A DNA stretch of 64,000 nt from an uncultured Pelagibacteraceae bacterium. GTDB taxonomy: Bacteria > Pseudomonadota > Alphaproteobacteria > Pelagibacterales > Pelagibacteraceae. The stretch is taken from NCBI GenBank assembly GCA_902623415.1, contig CACNTU010000002.1, forward strand, positions 10,519-74,518. The letters run 5' to 3'. Of the stretch, positions 1-11,299 are shown in pieces (position 1 is the stretch's first letter; the number at the start of each line of letters is the position of its first letter). Made by a program: the position numbers and the translations under genes. Below the pieces are notes generated by a model that did not search any database, was not told where the DNA came from, and saw nothing but the letters and a program-made list of their open reading frames with translations.

Positions 1-1350
1 TAATCCTAATGGATACCCTTTAGCATCATGGCCTGCAGGTATAGAAATTCCAGGTAAACCTGCTAAATTTACAGGAACAGTAAAAATATCGTTTAAATAC
101 ATTGAAACTGGATCATTTGTTTTTTCACCAATTTTAAAAGCTGAACTTGGAGTGGATGGAGTTAGAATTGCATCTACTTTTTCATAAGCATCATCAAAAT
201 CATTTTTAATAAGTTTTCTTACCTTTTGGGCTTTAAGATAATAAGCATCATAATATCCTGAAGATAAAACATAAGTTCCAATCATTATTCTTCTTTGAAC
301 TTCGGCACCAAATCCTTCTGATCTAGTTTTTTCATACATATCAATAAGATTTTCTCCTTCAGCTCTAAAACCATATTTAACACCATCGTATCTAGCCAAA
401 TTAGATGAGGCCTCTGCTGGTGCTACTATGTAATAAGTTGGTAGTGCATAATTAGTATGAGGTAGAGATATATCTATAATCTCAGCACCACAATCTTTTG
501 CATATTCAATACCTTTTTTCCATAGGTCTTCTATTTCTTTAGGCATGCCATCTACTCTATATTCTTTGGGTATTCCTATTTTTTTACCTTTAATATCTTT
601 TGTTAATTCTTTGCTGTAGTTGTTTCTTTTAAAGTCTATTGATGTAGAGTCTTTTTCATCATAAGTACTCATAACTTCCTGTAATAGAGCACAGTCCTTG
701 ACATTTTGCGCCATTGGTCCAGCTTGATCTAGAGATGATGCAAAAGCTACAATTCCATATCTTGAACAACTTCCATAAGTTGGTTTTAATCCAACAGTTC
801 CAGTAAATGAAGCAGGCTGTCTTATAGATCCACCTGTATCTGTTCCAATAGTTATAGGTGTTAATTGAGCTGCTACAGCAGAAGACGATCCACCAGAGGA
901 TCCTCCTGGAACTAAATTTTTATCAACTGGGTTTTGTACATTACCAAAAAAACTAGTTTCATTAGATGAGCCCATTGCAAATTCATCACAATTTAATTTC
1001 CCCATTAGGATAGCTCCTTCATTCCAAATATTTTGTGTGACAGTTGACTCGTAAGTTGGAACGAAGTTATTTAAAATCTTACTACCCGCTGTGGTTCTTA
1101 AATCTTTTGTGCAAAATAAATCTTTTACAGCCATTGGAATGCCAGGCAATTTAAGATCAAGATTAGGTTTTTCATCAAACTTCTTTGCTTTATTAAAAGC
1201 ATTTGCATAATCTTCAGTTATATATGCATTTAATTCTTTTGATTTTTCTGATCTTTCCACAAACGCTTTAGTAACTTCACTTGAGGAAAGTTTCTTACTT
1301 TTTATATTTTCAACTAACTCAGATAATGATTGTTTAGTTATATCTGACAT
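1..1350 (-). CDS. gatA: Asp/Glu-tRNA amidotransferase subunit A (3' end outside window)
   Basis: Manual translation: MSDITKQS..., amidase signature PGGSSGGSS / [12 protein letters not shown]; start overlaps gatC stop (TAATG). Confidence 0.95.
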   Translation of the reverse strand, partial: MSDITKQSLSELVENIKSKKLSSSEVTKAFVERSEKSKELNAYITEDYANAFNKAKKFDEKPNLDLKLPGIPMAVKDLFCTKDLRTTAGSKILNNFVPTYESTVTQNIWNEGAILMGKLNCDEFAMGSSNETSFFGNVQNPVDKNLVPGGSSGGSSSAVAAQLTPITIGTDTGGSIRQPASFTGTVGLKPTYGSCSRYGIVAFASSLDQAGPMAQNVKDCALLQEVMSTYDEKDSTSIDFKRNNYSKELTKDIKGKKIGIPKEYRVDGMPKEIEDLWKKGIEYAKDCGAEIIDISLPHTNYALPTYYIVAPAEASSNLARYDGVKYGFRAEGENLIDMYEKTRSEGFGAEVQRRIMIGTYVLSSGYYDAYYLKAQKVRKLIKNDFDDAYEKVDAILTPSTPSSAFKIGEKTNDPVSMYLNDIFTVPVNLAGLPGISIPAGHDAKGYPLGL

Positions 1351-1637
1351 TATTCAATTACCTTTGGTACTACAAAATAATCTTCATTTTCCTTAGGAGA
1401 ATTTTTTATTACTTGATCTCTTAAGTTTTTACTTTTTACTTCATCTGATCTTAGTTTTAGAGTTGTTTCAGCAACAGAAGTTAATGGTTCAACATTGTCA
1501 GTTTTTAATTCGTTAAGTTTTTCAATAAAATCGAAAATTGAATTTAAATCTCCTGCAAGTTTCTCTGCTTTTTTCTCATCTACAGAAATTCTTGATAGTT
1601 TAGATATGTGCTTTATTGTTTTAAGATCGATGCTCAT
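1350..1637 (-). CDS. gatC: Asp/Glu-tRNA amidotransferase subunit C
   Basis: [17 protein letters not shown]...YFVVPKVIE; start trimmed to ATG at 1637. Confidence 0.95.
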   Translation of the reverse strand: MSIDLKTIKHISKLSRISVDEKKAEKLAGDLNSIFDFIEKLNELKTDNVEPLTSVAETTLKLRSDEVKSKNLRDQVIKNSPKENEDYFVVPKVIE

Positions 1638-1687
1638 ATGGTATTTAAATATGTCGCAAACTATCACTTAAGTTTAAAATATACAAT

Positions 1688-2143
1688 ATGATCACTATTG
1701 AAGAATTCAAAAAAAAACAGTCTGAAACCTTTAGATTGATTGGTTTAGATCTTGGTTCAAAAAGAATCGGTGTATCAATTTGTGATGAAAAACAGTCAAT
1801 AGCCACACCTTTTAAAACAATCAATAAAACCAATAATGATGATCTAATCAACGAATTGAAAAAGATAATAGAGGAAAACAATATTAAAGGAATTATCATT
1901 GGATATCCAATTAACATGGATGGTTCATTAGGTTCTTCTGCTCAATCAGTAAGTGATGTATCTAAAAATATAGACAAAAATGTTGATGTAGATGTTTGCT
2001 TATGGGATGAAAGACTTTCAACGGTTGGGGCATTTAATCTATCTAGTCAGCTTGATATTAATGTTTCTAAGCGTGAAAAAAATATAGATCAAAATGCAGC
2101 TGCATTTATTCTTCAAGGAGCTATAGATTATTTAAATAATTAA
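1688..2143 (+). CDS. yqgF: YqgF/RuvX pre-16S rRNA nuclease
   Basis: GLDLGSKRIGVS, WDERLST motifs; upstream of pyrB. Confidence 0.93.
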   Translation: MITIEEFKKKQSETFRLIGLDLGSKRIGVSICDEKQSIATPFKTINKTNNDDLINELKKIIEENNIKGIIIGYPINMDGSLGSSAQSVSDVSKNIDKNVDVDVCLWDERLSTVGAFNLSSQLDINVSKREKNIDQNAAAFILQGAIDYLNN

Positions 2144-2185
2144 TCCTTGCCATTTAGGGGCTTTATAGCTATAGAGTTAATTTTA

Positions 2186-3127
2186 ATGGCAATTAAAACC
2201 GATAAAGCTATTAAAATCTCACAAAAACATCTGTTAGGTATCCAAGATTTATCAGTTAATGATATTAATTATATCCTGGATGAGTCAGAAGCTTTCATAA
2301 AATTAAACCAGAGTAAAAATAAAAAAATTGATGTGTTAAGAGGTAAAACACAAATAAACTTATTCTTTGAGCCATCAACTAGAACACAAAGCTCATTTGA
2401 ACTTGCTGGAAAAAGACTTGGTGCAGACGTCATGTCAATGAATATGGGTAACTCAGCCATTAAGAAAGGTGAAACTTTGATTGATACGGCCATGACCTTA
2501 AATGCAATGCATCCTGATATAATTGTGATTAGACATCAAGACTCCGGTGCTTGTAATCTGTTATCTCAAAAAGTTAATTGTGTAGTTCTAAACGCTGGTG
2601 ATGGTAGACGTGAGCATCCTACTCAAGCATTATTAGATGCATTAACAATTAGAAATCGAAAAAAAAAAATTCAAGGATTAAAAATAGCAATCTGTGGAGA
2701 CATACTTCATTCAAGAGTGGCAAGATCAAATATTTATCTCCTTACTATGTTAGGAGCAGAAGTTAATATAGTTGCACCATCAAATCTTATGCCAAAAGAA
2801 ATTGAAAAGTTTGGTGTAAACACTTTTACTGATATGAAAAAGGGTCTCAAAGATTGTGATATTGTGATGATGCTTAGATTGCAAAATGAAAGAATGACCA
2901 GTTCATATCTTTCATCAAATAGAGAGTATTACGAATATTATGGGTTAACCCCTGACAAACTTGATCATGCAAAATCAGATGCTTTAATTATGCATCCTGG
3001 TCCAATGAATAGAGGAATAGAGATTGATACAAGATTAGCAGACGACATAAACAAAAGTGTAATTAAGGAACAAGTTGAATTAGGTGTCGCTGTAAGAATG
3101 GCATGTTTAAAAATATTTTGTGAATAA
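2186..3127 (+). CDS. pyrB: Aspartate carbamoyltransferase catalytic subunit
   Basis: [21 protein letters not shown] motifs; start placed at ATG 2186. Confidence 0.96.
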   Translation: MAIKTDKAIKISQKHLLGIQDLSVNDINYILDESEAFIKLNQSKNKKIDVLRGKTQINLFFEPSTRTQSSFELAGKRLGADVMSMNMGNSAIKKGETLIDTAMTLNAMHPDIIVIRHQDSGACNLLSQKVNCVVLNAGDGRREHPTQALLDALTIRNRKKKIQGLKIAICGDILHSRVARSNIYLLTMLGAEVNIVAPSNLMPKEIEKFGVNTFTDMKKGLKDCDIVMMLRLQNERMTSSYLSSNREYYEYYGLTPDKLDHAKSDALIMHPGPMNRGIEIDTRLADDINKSVIKEQVELGVAVRMACLKIFCE

Positions 3128-4414
3128 ATGAAAAAACAATACTTTATAAATGCAAATATTATAGATCCTCATAACTCTTTAAACGAAAATGGTGGATTAA
3201 TAATTGGAGAAGACGGAAAGATAGAGGCTATAGGAAAAAAGGTAAATGCAAATAATTTACCAACTAGAGAAAAACCTACTGACTTAAAAGGTAAATATAT
3301 ATTTCCTGGTATAGTGGATATGAGAGTTTTTGTAGGCGAGCCAGGATATGAATATAAAGAAAATTTTAGGACTTTAAGTAATGCAGCATTGTCTGGTGGG
3401 GTAACTTCTGTTGTAACCATGCCTAATACCGATCCAATAATAGATAATGTATCAATTGTGGATTTTTTAAAAAGAAGAGGACGTGATAAGTCAAAAATAA
3501 ATATATTTCCTTGCGCTTCATTAACTCAAAACACAGATGGCACCAATATGACTGAATTTGGGTTACTGGCTAAAAAAGGAATTATTGCTTTTACTGACGG
3601 AGTAAAAACAATTCAAAATACTAGACTTATGTCTAGAATCATGAATTCAGCTAAAGATTTGGGATGTCTTATAATGCAACATGCTGAAGATTACGATTTA
3701 GCTAAAAATGGAATGATTAATTCTGGTATTATTGCAACAAAACTAGGCTTATCTAGCATACCAGATATTGCTGAAAGAATTATAATTGAAAGAGATCTTA
3801 CTCTCTTAGAAAAAACTAAATGTCGATATCATATATCCCAACTATCATCAGGAAAATCTGTAGATATAATTAAGGAACGTAAACAAAATGTTAAATTTAC
3901 TTGTGGTGTATCAATAAATAATCTCTCATTAAATGAAAATGATATTGGAGATTTTAGAACATTTTTAAAATTATCACCTCCACTTAGAAGAGAAGAAGAT
4001 CGAGAAGCTTTAGTTCAAGGATTAAAAGATAAAACTATTGATGTAATTGTTTCTGACCATAAACCTGAAGATGAAGAATCTAAAAGATTAACTTTTGCTC
4101 AAGCTGCAACAGGTGCATCTGGTATTGAAACATTGTTGTCTTTAAGTTTAGAATTATTTCATAACGGATCTGTAAAACTTGAAACTATCATACAAGCATT
4201 AACATCTAACCCAGCAAAAATATTAAATATAAATAAAGGAAACCTGTCTATTGGAAATGATGCAGATTTTTGTATAGTGGATATCAATAAACCATGGATT
4301 GTAAAAAAAGAAAATTTAATCTCTAAATCTAAAAATACATCAATTGAAGATAAAAAACTTCAAGGAAAAGTAACCAATACATTTGTAAAAGGTATAGAAT
4401 TATTTAAAATATAA
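3128..4414 (+). CDS. pyrC: Dihydroorotase (PyrC/PyrC'-type)
   Basis: Amidohydrolase motifs MPNT, PPLR, SDHKP; follows pyrB; metal-binding HxH replaced by DMRVF. Confidence 0.88.
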   Translation: MKKQYFINANIIDPHNSLNENGGLIIGEDGKIEAIGKKVNANNLPTREKPTDLKGKYIFPGIVDMRVFVGEPGYEYKENFRTLSNAALSGGVTSVVTMPNTDPIIDNVSIVDFLKRRGRDKSKINIFPCASLTQNTDGTNMTEFGLLAKKGIIAFTDGVKTIQNTRLMSRIMNSAKDLGCLIMQHAEDYDLAKNGMINSGIIATKLGLSSIPDIAERIIIERDLTLLEKTKCRYHISQLSSGKSVDIIKERKQNVKFTCGVSINNLSLNENDIGDFRTFLKLSPPLRREEDREALVQGLKDKTIDVIVSDHKPEDEESKRLTFAQAATGASGIETLLSLSLELFHNGSVKLETIIQALTSNPAKILNINKGNLSIGNDADFCIVDINKPWIVKKENLISKSKNTSIEDKKLQGKVTNTFVKGIELFKI

Positions 4415-4416
4415 AA

Positions 4417-4995
4417 ATGGAACTTTTTATAATAGGTATAATATCATACCTAATGGGATCAATTCCTTTTGGATTAATTTTAACTAAAATATTTTTAAAA
4501 AAAGATATTAGAGAAATTGGCTCTGGTAATATTGGTGCAACAAATGCTTTAAGAACTGGTAATAAACTGATTGGTTATTCGACACTAATACTTGATGTGT
4601 TAAAAGCAGTAATACCTGTTTTATATGTAAAAATTAATTTCCATGATGCAGTGTATATATCAGCTTTATGTGCTTTTATAGGTCATGTGTTTCCAGTATG
4701 GTTAAAATTTAAAGGTGGCAAAGGTGTAGCTACATATGTTGGGATACTTTTTTCTTTAAATATTATTTTTGGTTTAGTATTTGGTATTAGTTGGTTAATA
4801 ATTTTTTTTATTTCTAAATATTCATCTTTAGCTTCCTTAATAGGATCACTTTCTATACCTCTTTATGTTTTATTCTTAGAGGGTTTAGAAAATGTATTTT
4901 TTTACACAATAATGTTTATTTTAATAATTTTTACCCACAGACAAAATATTAAACGCTTGAAAAATAAAGAAGAAACTAAGACAAAAATTTATTAA
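4417..4995 (+). CDS. plsY: Glycerol-3-phosphate acyltransferase
   Basis: GSGNIGATN, FKGGKGVAT, HRQNIKRL motifs. Confidence 0.96.
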   Translation: MELFIIGIISYLMGSIPFGLILTKIFLKKDIREIGSGNIGATNALRTGNKLIGYSTLILDVLKAVIPVLYVKINFHDAVYISALCAFIGHVFPVWLKFKGGKGVATYVGILFSLNIIFGLVFGISWLIIFFISKYSSLASLIGSLSIPLYVLFLEGLENVFFYTIMFILIIFTHRQNIKRLKNKEETKTKIY

Positions 4996-5032
4996 TTTGA
5001 CTATCAAACTCTTTTGAGTAGTTTGTTAATTT

Positions 5033-7618
5033 ATGAATCTAGTCATAGTTGAAAGCCCTGCTAAAGCGAAAACAATTAATAAATATTTAGGTGATAACTA
5101 TACCGTTTTAGCTAGCTATGGTCATATTAGAGATCTACCTTCAAAAAATGGATCTGTAGACCCTGATCAAAATTTTAAAATGGAATGGGAAGTTGATAGC
5201 TTTTCGAAAAAATATTTAAAAGAAATTACTGATGCAGCAAAAGATTCTTCAAAAATAATTCTTGCTACTGACCCAGATCGTGAGGGTGAAGCAATAGCAT
5301 GGCATGTAAAAGAATATTTAGACGAAAAAAAACTTTTAAAAGACAAAGAAATTGAACGCGTGGTATTTAATGAAATAACAAAAAAAGCCGTCACATATGG
5401 TATTGAAAATCCAAGACAGATAGAACCCTTATTAGTCGATGCATACATGGCTAGAAGAGCATTAGATTATTTGGTGGGATTTAATATATCACCTATACTG
5501 TGGACTAAATTACCTGGATCAAAATCAGCAGGTAGAGTTCAATCTGTTGCACTGAAATTAATCACTGAAAGAGAGCATGAAATTGAATTATTTAAACCAG
5601 AAGAATTTTGGACTTTAAGTATTAATTTTCAGGATAAAAATAAAAGTAAAATTACAGCAAGTATTTATCAACTTGATGGAGAAAAAATTGAAAAATTCTC
5701 ATTTAAAAATAAAGAGGAAATTGAAAAAACAATTTCAAATATTAAGACCAAAAAGTTTAACATAACTGATATTTCCTCAAAAGTTGTTAGCAGGAATCCC
5801 TCAGGACCATTTACTACTTCAACACTTCAGCAAGTTGCTTCTAGTAGATTAGGTTTTGGTGCATCAAGAACAATGCAAATAGCACAAAAACTTTATCAAG
5901 GAATAGAAATTGAGGGAGATACAGTTGGGCTAATTACTTATATGAGAACAGATGGAACTAATTTATCAGCTGATGCTGTCTCTGATTTTAGAAATTTTAT
6001 TAAAAAAGAATATGGAAATGAATACTTGCCAGAAAGTCCAAACAATTACTCTGGGAAAAAAGCAAAAAATGCTCAGGAGGCTCATGAAGCAATAAGACCA
6101 ACTGATATTAATAGAAATCCAGAGTCGGTAAAAAAATATTTAAGTTCTGACCAACAAAAATTATATTCTTTAATTTGGTCTAGAGCTTTATCGTCTCAAA
6201 TGGAAACAGCAAAGTTTGATAGAAATACAATAACAATAGAGTCTGAAGACAGTAAAACTATATGTAAATCAAGTGGTTCGGTTTTAAAATTTGATGGATT
6301 TTTAAAAGTTTATTCAAATCAAAGTAAAGAAGATGATGAGCAAATTTTACCCGAGATGTCAAAAGGACCAATTAATATAGAAGCTATTATTGATGAACAA
6401 CATTTTACACAGCCTCCCCCACGATTCTCTGAGGCAAGTTTAGTTAAAAAATTAGAAGAGTTAGGAATTGGTAGACCCTCAACTTATGCAAGTATAATTT
6501 CAACAATAGCAAATAGAGGTTACGCAGAAATAATTAATAAAAGATTTTTCCCAACTGACAGAGGTAAATTAATTTCTGCATTTTTAGAAAAACTATTTTC
6601 AAAGTATGTGGATTATAACTTCACAGCTGGACTAGAGGACCAGCTAGATGAAATAACTTCTGGAAAAGAAAGTTGGTTAAAAGTCTTAGAAATGTTTTGG
6701 AAAGATTTCAATAGCAATGTTTCAGAGGTAAAAGAAAAAAGAACTAGAGAAGTTTTAGATCTTTTAAATGAAAGTTTGGGAGCATTGATATTTGATACAG
6801 ATAAAGATGGAAATATAGTTAGAAAATGCCAATTATGTGACACAGGTTCCCTTAGTTTAAAAAATAGTTTTAGAGGAGGTGCGTTTATTGGATGTTCAAA
6901 TTATCCTGAATGTAAATTCACAAGACCATTATCAAAAGCTAAAGCAGCTGCTCAGTCACAATTAGCAGAACCAAAATTTCTAGGAAAACACGAAAATGGA
7001 AATGATATTTTTTTAAAAAATGGAAGATTTGGTCCTTATCTTCAGTATGAGAAAGTTCTCGAAGAAAATATTGAAGAAGAAAAACCTAAAAAAAGAAAAA
7101 AAACTAAAAAAAAGAAACCTGAAGCAAATGAACTATTGAAAAATGTATCTATACCAAAAGGAATTGAATTAGAAAGTATTGATTTAGATAAAGCAAAATT
7201 TTTATGCTCGCTTCCTAAATCTCTGGGCATCAATCCAGAAAATCAAAAAGAAATCACTTTGAACACTGGTAGATTTGGACCATATTTAAAATGTGAAAAT
7301 AAATCAGCTAGAATAGAAAATGTAGAAGAAATTTTTTCTATAGGATTAAATAGAGCTATTACACTCATTGCTGAGGCAAAACCTGGCAGAATGTCATCTT
7401 CGATTATAAAAGACTTAGGAGAGCATCCTGAAGATAAAAAGCCAGTCCGAATCATGAAAGGTCAATATGGAGCATACATTAAATACAAATCTTTAAATGC
7501 AACAATACCAGAGGAAAAAGACCCGGTAGAGCTAACAATGGAGGAAGCTCTTATACTAATTGAGAAAAGAAGAGAATACGATAAAAATAAAAAATCAAAA
7601 GGAAAGAAAAAAAAGTGA
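5033..7618 (+). CDS. topA: DNA topoisomerase I
   Basis: IVESPAKAKTI, SAGRVQS, LITYMRTD, C-terminal GRFGPY repeats. Confidence 0.98.
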   Translation: MNLVIVESPAKAKTINKYLGDNYTVLASYGHIRDLPSKNGSVDPDQNFKMEWEVDSFSKKYLKEITDAAKDSSKIILATDPDREGEAIAWHVKEYLDEKKLLKDKEIERVVFNEITKKAVTYGIENPRQIEPLLVDAYMARRALDYLVGFNISPILWTKLPGSKSAGRVQSVALKLITEREHEIELFKPEEFWTLSINFQDKNKSKITASIYQLDGEKIEKFSFKNKEEIEKTISNIKTKKFNITDISSKVVSRNPSGPFTTSTLQQVASSRLGFGASRTMQIAQKLYQGIEIEGDTVGLITYMRTDGTNLSADAVSDFRNFIKKEYGNEYLPESPNNYSGKKAKNAQEAHEAIRPTDINRNPESVKKYLSSDQQKLYSLIWSRALSSQMETAKFDRNTITIESEDSKTICKSSGSVLKFDGFLKVYSNQSKEDDEQILPEMSKGPINIEAIIDEQHFTQPPPRFSEASLVKKLEELGIGRPSTYASIISTIANRGYAEIINKRFFPTDRGKLISAFLEKLFSKYVDYNFTAGLEDQLDEITSGKESWLKVLEMFWKDFNSNVSEVKEKRTREVLDLLNESLGALIFDTDKDGNIVRKCQLCDTGSLSLKNSFRGGAFIGCSNYPECKFTRPLSKAKAAAQSQLAEPKFLGKHENGNDIFLKNGRFGPYLQYEKVLEENIEEEKPKKRKKTKKKKPEANELLKNVSIPKGIELESIDLDKAKFLCSLPKSLGINPENQKEITLNTGRFGPYLKCENKSARIENVEEIFSIGLNRAITLIAEAKPGRMSSSIIKDLGEHPEDKKPVRIMKGQYGAYIKYKSLNATIPEEKDPVELTMEEALILIEKRREYDKNKKSKGKKKK

Positions 7619-7869
7619 AAAAAATATTAATTATCATAACTGTTTACTTAATAAATACTATGCCAGTATTAGCTGAAAAAAATGATTGCTCTGAAATGAA
7701 AAAACTTTCAAAAGAGTACTTAACTTGTACAGCTAAAAACATTAAAGCTGCTGCTAATAAGAAGAATAAACAAATTAAAGAAGGTTCTGCGAAAAAGACT
7801 GAGCAAATAGCTGAGAGCACAAAAAAAATTATAAATAATGTAAAGAATAAAATTAAAAAAAAGGAATAA
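7615..7869 (+). CDS. Small hypothetical exported protein
   Basis: GTG start overlapping topA stop, signal-peptide-like N-terminus, two Cys, Lys-rich tail. Confidence 0.6.
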   Translation: MKKILIIITVYLINTMPVLAEKNDCSEMKKLSKEYLTCTAKNIKAAANKKNKQIKEGSAKKTEQIAESTKKIINNVKNKIKKKE

Positions 7870-7872
7870 TCC

Positions 7873-8334
7873 ATGAGCTTTGAGAAAAAAATTCAAGAAC
7901 TTAAAATTGAACTTCCCGAAGCTAAACCTCCAGTAGGTTCTTATGTTGCTACAAAAATTACAGGAAATCTTTTATTTATATCTGGTCAAATCTCAATCGC
8001 AGACAATGGTGAGCTAATAAAAGGTAAAATCGGAAAAGAATTATCAACAGAACAAGGATATGATGCTGCCAAAAGATGTGGATTAAGTATTGTTGCTCAG
8101 GCAAAAGTAGCATGTAATGGTGATCTATCTAAAATTAAATCATGTATAAAATTAACAGGTTTTGTTAATTCAACAGAAGATTTTACTGAACAACCAAAAG
8201 TAATTAACGGTGCTTCCGATTTAATTGCTACCATATTTGGTGATGCTGGAATGCACACAAGAGCTGCAGTAAGTACAAATAGTTTGCCGCTTGGAGTATC
8301 AGTTGAAGTAGATGCTATATTTGAATTAAATTAA
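7873..8334 (+). CDS. RidA/YjgF family protein
   Basis: LLFISGQ, NGASDL, HTRAAV, LPLGVSVEVD motifs. Confidence 0.92.
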   Translation: MSFEKKIQELKIELPEAKPPVGSYVATKITGNLLFISGQISIADNGELIKGKIGKELSTEQGYDAAKRCGLSIVAQAKVACNGDLSKIKSCIKLTGFVNSTEDFTEQPKVINGASDLIATIFGDAGMHTRAAVSTNSLPLGVSVEVDAIFELN

Positions 8335-8336
8335 TT

Positions 8337-9635
8337 TTATCTTCCAATTCCAAAATATCTATAACCCATTTTTTTAATTTTATTAGGAGAAAAAATATTT
8401 CTCATATCGTAAATAATAAGATTTTTATTTTTAGAATATTTTTTAAAATTAATTGATTTAAAGTCATTCCATTCTGTATGTATGATAATTAAATCTGATC
8501 CTTCAATAGACTCTTGTATTGATTTTGAAAATTTAACATTATTTAATTTATTAAATTCTTTTTTAGAACCAGTTGGATCAAAATATTTAATTTTTGCACC
8601 TCTTTTAGATAAATAGGGAATTAATTTCAAACTAGAAGAATCTCTCATATCATCCGTATTGGCTTTGAATGTTACTCCCAAAAAGGATATTTTTTTATTT
8701 CTAATTTTATTTTTCAATATCAAATTAACTCTTTTTTGTAATATATCTGATCTGATTTCATTAGATTTAATAACACTTTTTATGACAGATAAATTAGTTT
8801 TAAATTTTTCTCCAGTAGAAACAATTGCTTTAGTATCTTTTGGAAAACATGATCCTCCATAAGCGGGTCCTGCTCTTAAAAATCTACTTCCAATTCTTTT
8901 ATCAAGACCAATACCTATGGAAATATCCTCAACATCAATGCCAGTTTTTTCACATAAATTTGCAATTTCATTAATAAAAGTAATTTTTGTTGCTAAGAAA
9001 GCGTTTGAAGCATATTTAATTAATTCTGCTGCTCGTCTATTAGTAGATACAAACTTCGCACCTTTAGAAATTAAAGGAGAATACAAATTTTTTAATATTT
9101 TCTGAGATCTTTTATCATTACTTCCAATAACAACTCTATCAGGATAAATAAAATCTCTAATTGCCTCTCCTTCTCTTAAAAATTCTGGATTTGAAACTAT
9201 TGAGAAATATCTTCTGCTTACTTTTTTAGAAATAATCTTCTCAACCTCATCTCCTGTTGTTACAGGAACTGTGGATTTGTTTATTATAATTTTAAATTTA
9301 TTTATAGATTTTGATATTTCTTTTGCTACCAAATAAACTTGACTTAGATCTGCACTATTACTATTTTTTTTTGTTGGAGTTCCAACACATATAAAAATAA
9401 TATCTGACTTTTTAACTGCTTCTTTTAAGTTTGTTGAAAAATTAAGTCTTTTGTTTTTATAATTTTTTAAAACTAATTCCTCTAAACCCGGTTCATAAAT
9501 TGGGATAATGCCTTTTCTTAAATTATTAATTTTATTATCGTCTTTGTCTACACATATTACATCGTTACCTAAGTCAGCGAAACAAACGCCACTAACTAAA
9601 CCAACATAACCTGTACCAATCATGCATAATTTCAT
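8337..9635 (-). CDS. ugd: UDP-glucose 6-dehydrogenase
   Basis: GTGYVG, NPEFLREG, YGGSCFPKD motifs. Confidence 0.95.
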   Translation of the reverse strand: MKLCMIGTGYVGLVSGVCFADLGNDVICVDKDDNKINNLRKGIIPIYEPGLEELVLKNYKNKRLNFSTNLKEAVKKSDIIFICVGTPTKKNSNSADLSQVYLVAKEISKSINKFKIIINKSTVPVTTGDEVEKIISKKVSRRYFSIVSNPEFLREGEAIRDFIYPDRVVIGSNDKRSQKILKNLYSPLISKGAKFVSTNRRAAELIKYASNAFLATKITFINEIANLCEKTGIDVEDISIGIGLDKRIGSRFLRAGPAYGGSCFPKDTKAIVSTGEKFKTNLSVIKSVIKSNEIRSDILQKRVNLILKNKIRNKKISFLGVTFKANTDDMRDSSSLKLIPYLSKRGAKIKYFDPTGSKKEFNKLNNVKFSKSIQESIEGSDLIIIHTEWNDFKSINFKKYSKNKNLIIYDMRNIFSPNKIKKMGYRYFGIGR

Positions 9636-10447
9636 AATTTACTTATCACTTTAGAAGAATTGATGTAACCGTTCATTGTTCCACAATCAAGATATTTTCC
9701 CTCAAAATTATGAGCTATAAATTTTTCTTTATCATTTATTAATTGTTGAATTGCATCAGTTATATGAATTTCATTTCCCTTATTTGGTTTTAATGATTTA
9801 AGTTTCTTAAAAATTGTACGGGGCAGTATATATCTACCTATAACTGCATTATTTGAAGGTGCTTTTTTAAAGGATGGTTTTTCTACAACACCATTAATTA
9901 TATAATTTCTTTTATTTAATTTTTTATTTAATTTATAAATTCCCCATCTTGAAACAGTTCTTTTATTTACTTTCATAGATGCCATAACAGAAGCACTATA
10001 TTTCTTATGAACTTTAATCATCGCTTTTGAGCAATTTTTTTTTATTATTAAATCATCTGGTAACAACATTAAAAAATATTTATTTTTAATATATTTTTGT
10101 GTTTTAAGTACAGCATCACCTGTGCCTTTAGGAATATTTTGATAAACAAATTTTATTTTTTTTTTATATTTTAATATTTTTTTATACTCATTAAGTATTC
10201 TTTGATCCTTCTTTTTTTTAATAATATTTTTATAAAAATTATCACTGTAAAAATATTTTTTAATCATTTGTTTTTTGGTAGATATTATAAAAACTATTTC
10301 TTTAATTCCAGCTTCAACACATTCGTCAAGAATATATTCAATTCCAGGTTTTCCGTTTATAGGTAAGAGCTCTTTAGCAAAAACACTAGTTAAAGGCAGC
10401 AACCTTGTACCTAAACCAGCCAAAGGAATAATTGCTTGTTTAATCAT
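9632..10447 (-). CDS. galU: UTP-glucose-1-phosphate uridylyltransferase
   Basis: AIIPLAGLGTRLLP, VEKP, YLDCG motifs. Confidence 0.92.
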   Translation of the reverse strand: MIKQAIIPLAGLGTRLLPLTSVFAKELLPINGKPGIEYILDECVEAGIKEIVFIISTKKQMIKKYFYSDNFYKNIIKKKKDQRILNEYKKILKYKKKIKFVYQNIPKGTGDAVLKTQKYIKNKYFLMLLPDDLIIKKNCSKAMIKVHKKYSASVMASMKVNKRTVSRWGIYKLNKKLNKRNYIINGVVEKPSFKKAPSNNAVIGRYILPRTIFKKLKSLKPNKGNEIHITDAIQQLINDKEKFIAHNFEGKYLDCGTMNGYINSSKVISKL

Positions 10448-10481
10448 TTAAATGTTTTACTTATTAAATATTTTAATACAA

Positions 10482-11297
10482 ATGAAAATTTTATTAGACA
10501 ACTCCTCATTATTTGAATCATTAAGGCAATTTAATGACATAGGTTTTGTACCTACAATGGGAGGTATACATAAAGGTCATTTATCACTTATAAATAAATC
10601 AAATAGACTCTGTAAAATCACAATTGTAAGCATTTTTGTTAATCCAAAGCAGTTCAATAATAAACAAGATTTAAAATCTTATCCTAGAAATATTAAGGAA
10701 GATCTTAAAATTTTAAAAAAAACTAAAAAAGTTGATTTTGTCTATCTTCCAAGATTCAAAGATATTTATAAAAATAAAAATAAATCTAAAATTAAACTAA
10801 ACAAAAAAGATGTAATACTTTGTGCTAAATATAGAAAAGGTCATTTTGAAGGTGTTTTAGATGTTATGGAAAGACTAACAAAAATTGTTAACCCAAAAAA
10901 GATATTTATGGGAGAAAAAGATTTCCAACAATTATACTTAGTTAAAAAACGATTAGAAAAAAAACACAAAGCAAAAATTATCCCTTGTAAAACTATTCGT
11001 GATAAGAACAATATAGCTTTATCATCTAGAAATTTCCTTTTAAATAAATTAAATTTAGAGGTTGCAGCAAATATCTATAATGAACTAGAAAATATTAAAA
11101 AAAACATTAAAAAGAAAAAAAATATCGTAAACTTTTTAAATCATAAAAAAACAGAATTAATAAATAATTATAAAATCAAAATTGATTATTTAGAATTAAG
11201 AAATAAAAAAAATTTAAAAATTTCAAAAAAAATAAATAACTCAAGATTATTTATTGCTTATTATTTAAATAATGTCAGATTGATAGACAATATCTAA
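10482..11297 (+). CDS. panC: Pantoate-beta-alanine ligase
   Basis: GFVPTMGGIHKGH, FVNPKQF, GEKDFQQ, LSSRN, RLIDN; start placed at second ATG. Confidence 0.93.
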   Translation: MKILLDNSSLFESLRQFNDIGFVPTMGGIHKGHLSLINKSNRLCKITIVSIFVNPKQFNNKQDLKSYPRNIKEDLKILKKTKKVDFVYLPRFKDIYKNKNKSKIKLNKKDVILCAKYRKGHFEGVLDVMERLTKIVNPKKIFMGEKDFQQLYLVKKRLEKKHKAKIIPCKTIRDKNNIALSSRNFLLNKLNLEVAANIYNELENIKKNIKKKKNIVNFLNHKKTELINNYKIKIDYLELRNKKNLKISKKINNSRLFIAYYLNNVRLIDNI

Positions 11298-11299
11298 TT

